Program-made: the position numbers and the translations under genes
Assembly (NCBI GenBank): GCA_024704765.1
Contig: JAKMXF010000055.1
Coordinates: 504,353-568,352 of the forward strand
DNA: 64,000 nt
Direction of reading: 5' to 3'
From: Oopsacas minuta
Taxonomy: Eukaryota; Animalia; Porifera
Notes under the pieces: generated by a model
What the model saw: only the letters and a program-made list of their open reading frames with translations
Databases searched by the model: none
Told to the model about the DNA's origin: nothing
Shown: positions 54,580-64,000 of the stretch, one piece after another
Position numbering within the stretch: the first letter of the stretch is position 1
Layout of the letters: each line of letters opens with the position of its first letter

Positions 54580-55122
54580 TATATTGACCCTAAGCATTCG
54601 TATATATATAAATTGCACAATTAGAGGTTGATTCCGTTCGCTATATTAGAGTTGATATTAACATTGCAATGATCCAAGTACTCATCTTACCATTATTGAT
54701 GCTCCATGTTGAAAGAATAAATAATACACTGACTAAATAAAATATCTGATAAATATACAATTGTATACCCTGGTACGCTGCAAATATTGATGCACATACA
54801 ATATTATACCTGAATGAACTATTTGGCCATCTTTGTTCAGTTTTGTGTTTAAGTATAGGATCTCAGATATTATAAATTCCAATAATATCATCTCAAATCA
54901 ACAATTATCTCCAATACGTTCTAGTTTTAAGTACGAGTTGAATTTAGTACTTTTTGACTCAGTAGGATTTGGTATATAGTATGAGTTGAATTGTGGTACG
55001 TATTGTCTGGCAATCGTTTTGTAGCAAGGAGGAGCCTTGTATTGATCTAATTACGAATTTTGGAATCAAAGTTTCTGGATATGTGGGCCAATAACATGGT
55101 AGATATGGATAAATCTTAATAC

Positions 55123-55204
55123 CTGATAGGTCGAGGAGTAATATATGAGCGAAGTGAATAATTATTTCAAGATATATATGTTCACATTTACAGAAATGGT
55201 ACTT
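55123..55204 (-). CDS. HTT: Probable HTT exon (phase 0 to 1), KYHFCKCEHIYLEIIIHFAHILLLDLS; the 5' boundary could instead be 55354
   Basis: Donor gtatta, and phase joins 52420. FCKCEHIYLEIIIHFAHI resembles MCNREIVRRGALILFCDYV. The acceptor is ambiguous (see findings). Confidence 0.5.
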
Positions 55205-56171
55205 CTATTTCTCTGCCACTGGTTCGGGTTGCCCTGAATCGCAATAGAAATTGAATGAGTGCCTCTTTGGCTCAGTTGGGGATGCTTTTGACTCTCGATC
55301 ATAGAGGTTTCGGAGCCGCTGATTTACAGAGGGATTGTTTTCATTATGAACTTCCTAAAGAAAGGGAATCCAGGTACCAAGCACTTAGCAGCCATAGGGC
55401 CAAGGCAACACCAAACGTTTAATTGGGGTAAGGGCAACTGCCTCACAAGGGCGCCATATTTCATAAAGCTTGAACTGTATTTATCATAGATCTGTCTTTA
55501 CCTATGCTGATACCTAACACAATTCTATTTAACGAAAACAGACATCTAGATTTGTCAGTTTGAACGCTTCTAGATATTCATTCATCAAATTAGAATTGGA
55601 TATCCCATATACGTAGTTATTGATATTTCTCAGATCAGCGGATTTGCATCAAAATTCATTGGGATAAGATTGGAAAATTTAACTTAGATGATGGAAATCT
55701 TTCATCACCCATGAAGATCACAATAGTATTGGAAAGTCATATCATTCTAACTCATAAGGTAGATAAAACTTTGTCGGATATATGTGATATCATTCAAGAA
55801 TTTTGAGCCCACAAATATTGATTTTCCAGGCAATAATGTACACTTGGAAACAAATAGAATATAGATCAAAACTCGTTTATCAATAAATTCATAAAATTAT
55901 CACATCATTCAAAATCAAAAGAGGACATGAAACAATTACATTTGAATTATAATAAATATTGTACAATGGCACTTGATTTTCAACGGGCGATTACCTAAAT
56001 TCAAATGATACATTATATGGTACTAGATGATAATTAATGCGGATTTCACCAATCTGAACATTTCGTGCCACTTTATTGAGATAGCAAAGCGTCCGAGCAT
56101 GTATTTAAGGGATTTCAAACTTCATAAAATATCAAAACAAGGAACCTTCGAATGTGGGAAAATATACATAC

Positions 56172-56406
56172 CTGTGAGAAATTTTGTTCAGGAAAATTTG
56201 AATGATGAACATTTTGATAAATCTGAAATAAAGAAAATTCAATAATAAATTGCAAAACTTCAAAACTAATGGAAGTTAGGGATAAAATTAATTTAAGGTT
56301 TGGTTTATCAATACATCTAAGAGTATATAAATCATCAATAGAAAAGATAGAGTAAGGCAGCAATTCTTGGGAAAATTTCTTTAGATACCATTCGAAATCA
56401 GGATTC
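56172..56406 (-). CDS. HTT: Probable HTT exon, NPDFEWYL...IFSIDDL...QNFSQ
   Basis: Acceptor tttccttag, donor gtatgt, 235 nt open. FSIDDL resembles YTLDSL in the expected order. Confidence 0.62.
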
Positions 56407-57584
56407 CTAAGGAAAAATATTCATGCGGCATTAAGATAAGATATTGGTAATGAATATATACTAAATTAATAAAATTGATGGGAAAGACACCTTGGGATTG
56501 TAAATATTAGAGATAGTAATCATCATAAAATAAAATTTGATTTATAAGTTAGTCCGTAGCATGAAAATTGTATTATGGGATAAAAATTGGTCTAGAAATG
56601 TCTCAATTATGACATCTCGCATAATTAGAGAATTTAGAAGGGGATAGAAGAATTAAATTCCTGTCGGAATGCTAAATCCGATCTTGAGACTTCCGAATTA
56701 ATCAAATGTCAAACTTTGATATTTTCATGAATATTTAGTAAACCAATAATTGAAATTACTAAATACATGTACAGACTTGTACTGAAAGACATCAATGGAG
56801 AAACTTGGTAGCTGAAAACGAATTTCAAATTTTAGGTTGTATTGCGAACAACTTATTAATAAGGCACCTGATTGGTGCATGAGAAGGAGTGAAAAAATTG
56901 GCCAATGATCTAGATATCGATTCTTTCAGGGAAAGGGACAATCTGAGCTATATTATATTAATAGATTGTGTCATTGCAGTAAGCTGCCATAAGGCCTAAA
57001 TACCCCCAAAATTGATATTCTCCGATTTGGTTCATATATGTAAGTAAAGTCATCTACATTACATAAGCGCGCAGTAAAAGGGAATTGGATTGGTCAAATA
57101 TTTTCGAAGTTATGCATGCTCAAAGGAGGGAGCGTCGTTAGTCCTACTCCACATGTAGGCTTTAGTCCCAATTCTGATTTGTGATGCTATTCCTAAATGT
57201 AAAATTGCTATTTATCCTTTTCATGAGTAGGCGTTAGTCCTACTCTAAATATTATCAATAGTCTCAATCTTTTCAGGAGTAGAGATTTGTTCTACTCTAG
57301 ATACTGCCAATAGTCCAACCCTATTCAAGTTTAGATATTACTGGCATTAGTCTTTGTTTCACAGTAATGATAACCGAGACTATGAGCATTTACTTACACT
57401 AATGGGATACCAGTGATTGACTTTAATACCATTAGCGTTGGATCTTGGCACTGAGAATGGCTGGAGGTTTCGCTTACGTCCCTGCGTCTTGCCAAGTGTC
57501 TATAAATCCCCTCAAGAAGGTGATTGCTTTGGAATTAACTTGGATTATCTAACTAGATTCATTTAGCAGAGAATATGAGCATTA

Positions 57585-58924
57585 CGAGGCCGTTCAATAA
57601 GTCTTGCGGGTGATATCATAGAATATGGTACAAACACTATACACACTAATTCACTATATTATTTAATCAAAGTAATCTCCTCCTGCAGATACACAAAAGT
57701 TTTAACCTTTCCACACACCTGTAAACATATTTCTATACTATTCTTTGGGGGATGGATTTGAAGTGCTGGTACAGGCCCGTTCCGAGTGCTTGTAATGTGT
57801 TAAAACCTTCACCTTGAAGGTAGATTTTATGCTTGGGGAATAGCCAAAAATCACACACAGCTAGGTTTGGTGAGTGTGGTGGATGGGGAAGTAATTCTAA
57901 CCCTTCTACATCCAAGAAATTTTTGGTAAGCTTAGCTGTATGGGAACTGGCGTTATCAATTAAAATCTCCAATCCTCGAGTTCCGGATTTCGGGCGGTAC
58001 TTTGTATATTTTTTATCAAATTTGGAGGCACTTGCTCTGTAAAGAAAGTAGCAATAACAGCCTTGCCAATCTCACAAGGCAAAAGCAGGACAATTCCATG
58101 ACTACTGAAGAAGATTGTATACATAATCTTAGGTTTTCTGAAGTCGGGCCAAGGAATTTTAGCCGGTTGTTCGTCGTCCACCACCCATGAGCGCCTCTGA
58201 TACTTGCTATTTGGTGTTGAATAGTACACCCACGTCTCGTCACCAGTCATAATCTTTGTTAGGTGTCTAGAATCACAGTTCTCTTAAGTTTTCAAGAGTT
58301 TCTTGTTAATATTCAGTCGTGCCAACCTTTGATTCTCAATGAGCTTATGCGGGACCCATTTCCCACAAATCGATCGGTAGCCAAGCTCAGTTGTCAGAAT
58401 TATATCAAAAGCTCCGGGTGAAATATCCATACTTTGTTCTAACTGATTGACAGTAATGCACTTGTCTTCCATGACCATACTTTCAATGAGTGCGGTATTC
58501 TCTGAAGTGGTGACAGATACCGGTCTTCCAGATCGAGGTAAATCTGTGACGTCAGCATCATCAGATCTAAAACGGGCAACACATCGCTCTACAGTTGATC
58601 TGGAAGGACAATCCCCGCACATTATCTCCTGTAACTCACTGAAGATTTGTATGAGGTGGATCTTGAGTATTATGCGAAACTCTATGTAAGTTCGTCATTT
58701 GAGGTTGAAATTATCCTCCTTTGAAGCCATAAATTCAACGTGGGTATAAATTGACTACACATAACTATCTCAAAGATTCATAAGTTGTATTGAATAAGCT
58801 TGAAACTTTCAGTATATGTAGTTTAACTATATGGGCTTATAATAAATGAAAGCTAGATATACGTGTAGTACTTGACTAATTCCAAAGATATATCATGACC
58901 CGCAAGACTTATTGAACTCCCTGA
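57585..58924 (-). mobile_element. Mariner, full length, defective, 1340 bp
   Basis: TA-flanked TIRs with core gttcaataagtcttgcggg. Motifs LPRSGRP, TGDETWVYY, IDNASSHT and HPPHSPNLAVCDF. Confidence 0.92.
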
Positions 58925-59120
58925 TAACACATTAGCTATCAAATGTTCAACATAATTAGGAAAAATCAAACGAATGTAATACATTTTACATGTAGGACTA
59001 ACGTCTACATAGAGAGTACGACTAAACCATACATATGGATTAAGACTAACGCATGCGCCTGTTCAGATTATCGACCTAGCTATAGCTTTGCACTGTATTG
59101 ACGTCATAAAATCAGCTTAC

Positions 59121-59338
59121 GATTTTTGCATTGAATACAGTGATCTTTAGGGGTAGGAATTGATTCTGAAAGTCTTGCAACAGCAACAAACATATAAATT
59201 TTAACAGCGCCAAACATTCCAATATGACAGAATGGATTTTGAGCTTTTGATATCTTTACATTCAAGGACATAATCTTCGAAAATTGTCCAAATATTGTCG
59301 CCACAACTATGAGAACGTCACACAATGTGCCCACTATT
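59121..59338 (-). CDS. HTT: Probable HTT exon (phase 2 to 1), IVGTLCDVLIVVATIFGQFSKI...CKN
   Basis: Acceptor taatttcag, donor gtaagc, 218 nt open. GTLCDVLI..GQFSKI resembles GTLLMCLI..GMFRRI. Confidence 0.55.
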
Positions 59339-59765
59339 CTGAAATTACGCTAACACACGAAATTCCTTGTTCCCGAAGAAATTGCTCTCAGAACTATAGG
59401 TCAGTTGCCTCATTCCGTCTCCTACAAAACACTGCGCTTATACTTTAAGTAGGGTGAATGTATTGTTGATTTTATGATTCTAAACAAATTTAATATTGAA
59501 ATATTTAGAGACAGACATCTTTACATGGGTAATGAAGTAGGGCGGATAACATGTTGGAACTTTAGAGTTTAGAATTTTCAAAACTTCATAATATGTACCA
59601 TATTCAATTAGTTTTTGACGAATAAAATACAAAATATACAAACAGAGAAAATTGATATAAACGGAAATATCATGGTAATGGAATAAGTAGATTCATTTTA
59701 TAGCATTATATATGGTTGTAAAAGTCCCAGAAACTTGTACTTTCAACTTATATAAAATTATCATA

Positions 59766-61069
59766 CAGGGTGGCCAATAAGTTCTGGCACATAGAAAAAC
59801 TACTATAACTTAACCAATATTCATTATATTGAGTTGATATTTTAGCATAAGTAGTTAGGCATTATGATTTTTATCGTGCACAATCTCTATTCTATGTATC
59901 CGCCTTTCTTTATGATAACAGACTTCAGACGCCCGGGGACTGCCCACACTGCGGTACGCAGCATCTCCTGTGGGATTTTGCCCATTCTCTCGTCAGAGAT
60001 TGCTTTAGAGACTTAATACTGTTATGGGACTTCGAGCAAGCACTTGACTCTAAAATGGACCACACTGAGAATCTAGAGGGTTGAGGTCTGGGCCAGACGG
60101 CGGCCATTCTACCTTTGAAATAAAGTCAGAAATATTCGCCTGAAGCCATTCCTGAGTGTTTGCTGTATGGGCAGGAGCACTGCCTTGTTGGAATATGAAC
60201 GGCTGGTTTTCAAACATCATCTCACCAAGATCTTTCACAATGGGCTGTAAAATGAGCTCCTTATACGTTGCAGCACTTATTTTGACCCCTGCAGGAACGA
60301 AAAGCAGTGGTGTCGGGCCAACAGAAGATACTCTGGCCCAAACCATCAACGAAAGTGGTTTCTGCACTCTTTTGACTTACCTGTAGTCATCAGGGATAGT
60401 AGAAGTGCTTTTAGATAATTTTCTATCGTTTGACGATTGAATGCTTGTTCAACGCTGAAAAGTTTTTCATCGGAGAAAAGGACTTGATCCAGTCCCTGGG
60501 CTGCGAATCATGTATGGAGGACTTTGCTTCTTGAGAGACTCTTTGTCTTTATTTTGTCTGAAGGAAATGGACTTTCCTTTTCTTGAACGAAGATAGCCCT
60601 AAGTCTCTCTTGACAATCGTTTGAAGAGATCTACGGATATTTTCAGTTCTTTAGCCATTTTTCTGATCGATCGCTGAGGATTTCGCAACACTCGACTCCG
60701 CACTACCTTTCGCATCTTTACGGTCGTGATGGAGACGGGGCGACCAGTTCTGGCTCTGTCCATCACGGCACCAGTCTCATTGAAGCGTTTTATCGTACGG
60801 ATTACGAAATTCCGACGAGTCTGTGGAATTTTTAAAAGTTTCATTATTTCTTTTTGTTTTTTCCCTTTTTGAAATAATTCAACAATCGCCGACCGTTCTT
60901 TCTCCATAGCTGATAATTTGTTCCTGGTTTTCAAATAGTGTATTTTTCAATGAATATTGTATTGCGAGAGATAACAGAATAAACACATACCAGTAACGTC
61001 AATCAATCTTAATAATTAAAGATTTTTGTACGATATAAAGTTATGTGCCAGAACTTATTGGCCACCCTG
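59766..61069 (-). mobile_element. maT-like (DD37D-type) transposon, full length, defective, 1304 bp
   Basis: Perfect 28-bp TA-flanked TIR cagggtggccaataagttctggcacata. Motifs FSDEKLF, QQGSAPAH (D replaced by G) and WPPSGPDLNPLD; spacing is 36 as read, probably 37 originally. Confidence 0.9.
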
Positions 61070-61876
61070 TATTTCGAAAATGAATTTGAGGGAGGAAGTG
61101 TTTGCTAGAAGAGATGCGGGAGCAACCCAAGCACACTAGTCAATAGCAAAATATTAGTACGTTGTCATGTGTATGCACCTTTGATGCACATGCATGTGTA
61201 CAAGTGTAAATGCAAGTGCATATATAAGTTGGTGTACATACATGTGCACTGGTTTATGCCACTTTATAAACTAGATTGGCCACAAATATGCATACACGCG
61301 TATATACGGATGATAATTAAACTTTCAATGTTGAAAAGCATTTCTAGAATATTTGTTGCATATTGAAAGTAAAATGCTACAATAAAACAAAAATTTACTT
61401 TTTGAATATTTAAAACGTAATTTACAGGCTATCATATGCAAATAACTAAGAATATTACATGCTAATATATGTTGTTTGAAAGGGCAAGGCAGTTGTCAAG
61501 TAAACTAGATAAGAGCTGAGCATGTTTCAATAATAATTCCACAAACAACAACCTACCACAGTTATAAACTTAAAAAATGGCCATCTATTATAAACACATT
61601 GATATAAGTTCATATCGGATCTGAGAACAAAGTTTTGGTTTACTCCAAGATGATACAATATCGAAACCCACTGTTAACGTAAAAAAATGTATTTATCCTG
61701 ACTAAGGGGATATCAGCAGTCAAAATGGACATGTACTTACACAAAATAACTTTACTTCCTTTATAGTATAGCGATAATAAATAATCAAAGTGGAAACAGC
61801 CAGAGATTTAACCTTGATTCATAGCTAATGAAATTCAAAGTAAGCCTGACGTATATATTATGTACTTATATATATA

Positions 61877-63204
61877 CGAGGGTAGTCCAAAAAGTTTAGA
61901 GAATCTATATGAAAGAATAGTAGGAAATGGATTATTTTTTTATAGTTTCTCGAAGTAAATACCAGATGACTGTATGCATAAATCCATCCTTCTAACCCAA
62001 CTTTCAAAACAATTTTCCCAGTCTTCTTTGGTTAGGTCTTGGAGGGCCCCATTATAAGCCAGTCTTGCCTCTTCTGCACTATCGAAATGAACCCCTTTGA
62101 TCTTCTTTTTTAGTTTAGGGAAAAGAAAGAAGTCGCATGGCGCCAAATCTGGGGAATATGCTGGATGGGGTATCAATTTTATACCATTTCTGCAAAGAAA
62201 TTCATTGTTAAAGCTGCCTTGTGTGCACTTGCATTGTCATGGTGCCATTGAAGTGAGGTGAGGTAGGCTTTAGGATGTAAAATGCTCCACTTTTCTATCA
62301 CCTGAGGCATGCAAATGTTGACATACCAACTCGCAGTTACAGTCTTTTGCTCTATAAGGGGAATAGTAGTAACATGTCCCTTTTTAGAGATGAAACTGAC
62401 GACCATTTGCTTGTTGCCACTTCGTGCACGTCTCAATTTTTGAGGGGGATCATCATCTGGAAAAAGCCAAACTGAAGATTGTTGCTTCGTCTCTGGGTCA
62501 TATTGATAAATCCAAGTCTCATCTCCCGTAATTAATGTATTCAATAGCTTTGAACGACCATGATCGAATTTTCTGATCATAAATTTGCACCAATCCACTC
62601 GAGTTGTCATTTGTTCTTCAGAAAGTTTATGTGGAATCCAACGTGCAGCCACTTTCCTCACCAAGAGATGATCATGAAGTATGGCATGGAGGCTTCCTCT
62701 GCTGATGTCTAAATAACTCATTATTTCGTCAATTATGATTCGACGCTCATTTTTGATTATTTTCTTAACTTTCTGGATATTTTCTGGGTTAACCGCATCT
62801 GCAGGACGTCCTGATCGCATCTCATCACTTAGAGTCTTTCGTCCACGTTAAATTCACCGTACCAGTTGTACATTGTAGCCAAAGATGGTGATTTTTCTCC
62901 AAATGTGCCCTGAAGTTGAATATGTGATTCTTTAGGACTGAGTTTTCTCATAAAGTCATAAAAAATCATTGCGCGAAAGTCTCTCCTTTCCAAATGTAAA
63001 TCCATGAGGAATAATTAGGTACGAATTTAAAATAAGAGCCAAGTGCTGACTATATAAGTAGCTGTCAAAAAAGTAATAAAAGATAAAAAGCTTAGATATT
63101 TTAACTAGAGTAGTTATAAATAGTGTACTATAGATATAAGATGTATTGGTGTGCAAGAAATGAAGTTACAGCATTCATTCTAAAAACTTTTTGGACGACC
63201 CTCG
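61877..63204 (-). mobile_element. Mariner (DD34D), full length, near intact, 1328 bp
   Basis: TIRs cgagggtagtccaaaaagttt and cgagggtcgtccaaaaagttt, inserted in a TA run. Confidence 0.95.
61940..63005 (-). pseudogene. Mariner transposase, 355 aa after repairing two 1-nt deletions (~62850 and ~62188)
   Basis: MDLHLERRDFRAMIFYDF..., TGDETWIYQYDPE, WHHDNASAH and HPAYSPDLAPCDF. No in-frame stops once the two frameshifts are repaired. Confidence 0.92.
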
Positions 63205-63351
63205 TATATATATAGTAAGGAAGTTATGTAGAGATATTCATTTCACTTTTGTGTATCAAGATAAATTACAAAACGATATTAAACTTACTATAATTGGTAG
63301 CAGAGAGTGGGTAGTGGTTTTCTGCTTATGGCAAATGTAAATCTGTAAGTG

Positions 63352-63486
63352 GGTAAATTGGAAAGTGGTGATATAGAATATTTCTCTGAACACTTCGATA
63401 TATGTCCCCTCGCCAACGATTGGACAACTGTAAACAAGGCAATGATGGTTGCTATCTGCCTACGAGGGGAAGCATTGGAAGTCTAA
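63352..63486 (+). mobile_element. LTR-retrotransposon (Ty3/Gypsy-like) gag N-terminal relic
   Basis: DIEYFSEHFDICPLANDWTTVNKAMMVAICLRGEALEV resembles the common gag pattern YLEHFE.CA.AN.W....KA..L...LRG.AL. No LTR or pol seen. Confidence 0.5.
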
Positions 63487-63599
63487 AAAGTTTGGAAACT
63501 GAGATTTCGTAAGAGTAAAGGAAATCTTGGTGAGTGCTCCAAGCCAGAAGATGTTTAGTTCACTTCGTTAAGCGAGTTTCAATATAGGTCCCTCTATCC

Positions 63600-64000
63600 A
63601 GTTGAAACGTCACAAAAATTCGTATACGAGCTAGAAGGATTATTGAGAAAGGCATATCTTGTGATGTCGGTAGCAGCAAAAGAACAACTCTTGTTCGAAC
63701 AATATACAGGGTATATCACATGTCTTGGCGTGTGAGTAAATGTAAATAGAATTTTCGTTATTGAGTATTTGTTCTAATAATATGCCAATATAACCATCAT
63801 TCCTAGCCAATGCAAATTGTATCCTAGCTGGCATACTACAAACAAAATTTTCTAGAATATTAGTGTTTATGTCAGCCCACGCGGATTTGTCTCGTAGAAT
63901 TAAGTCTTCCAGCTTAGTAGCATTTGCCATTTGTCCAATACGGTCTTTCAATATTGACCAGAGGTTTTCAATCGGGTTTAAATCTGGCGAGTTACCCGAC
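63600..64000 (-). mobile_element. 3' part of a Tc1-like transposon running off the window edge
   Basis: GNSPDLNPIENLWSILKDRI...FVCSMPARIQFALARNDGY. Left boundary approximate. Confidence 0.8.

Larger units (their letters stand above)
5983..59338 (-). other. HTT: Huntingtin-like gene, partial span (traced exons plus introns); probably continues beyond both traced ends
   Basis: Spliced chain includes ...FPQLPLSQFRDANGFSEMMKRISTLG|WKTKDQFEEIWSLLIKVL..., matching recalled human [44 protein letters not shown]. The other exons follow in colinear order. Confidence 0.9.

Noticed and set aside
55205-55219. A 15-nt GT-AG mini-intron that would remove the TAG
   Set aside because: Far below plausible spliceosomal intron size for an animal gene whose other introns are 155 nt or more.
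1406-60386. Short ORFs antisense to or overlapping transposases (e.g. 1406, 1748, 1990, 3140, 23820, 34340, 39704, 43578, 57833, 58447, 60156)
   Set aside because: Shadows of the real coding frame, with no independent motifs.
22924-63204. Fanzor/TnpB or other cargo inside the Tc1/mariner elements
   Set aside because: Each element is ~1.3 kb and filled by its transposase; no RuvC-like motifs were seen.
1-64000. Reassigned stop codons (alternative genetic code) to explain in-frame stops
   Set aside because: More than 500 codons of clean HTT exons and both repaired transposases contain no internal TAA, TAG or TGA.
1-64000. tRNA, rRNA or CRISPR arrays
   Set aside because: No cloverleaf, rRNA-like block or regularly spaced direct repeats were recognised by eye.

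Overview
AT-rich eukaryotic DNA, most likely from an invertebrate animal; the species cannot be determined from the sequence. The backbone is part of a minus-strand huntingtin (HTT)-like gene. About ten exons can be traced between 59338 and 5983 by canonical splice sites, phase continuity and similarity to the human HTT bridge and C-HEAT regions as I recall them. Introns reach 22.8 kb and are packed with DNA transposons: seven full-length (~1.3 kb) Tc1/mariner/maT copies plus one more mariner lengthened by a nested MITE, two Tc1/mariner fragments, a Chapaev3-like element, two Ginger2-like integrase relics and a gag relic. The most notable element is a 2997-bp Transib/RAG1-like transposon (1002-3998). 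It has a 5-bp TSD, an RSS-heptamer terminus (CACAGTG), bipartite TIRs with unequal spacers (7 vs 16 nt), an intact DDE/Zn core and a candidate RAG1-type nonamer-binding domain, but no RAG2. No rRNA, tRNA or CRISPR array was recognised. All protein comparisons are from memory, not from database searches.
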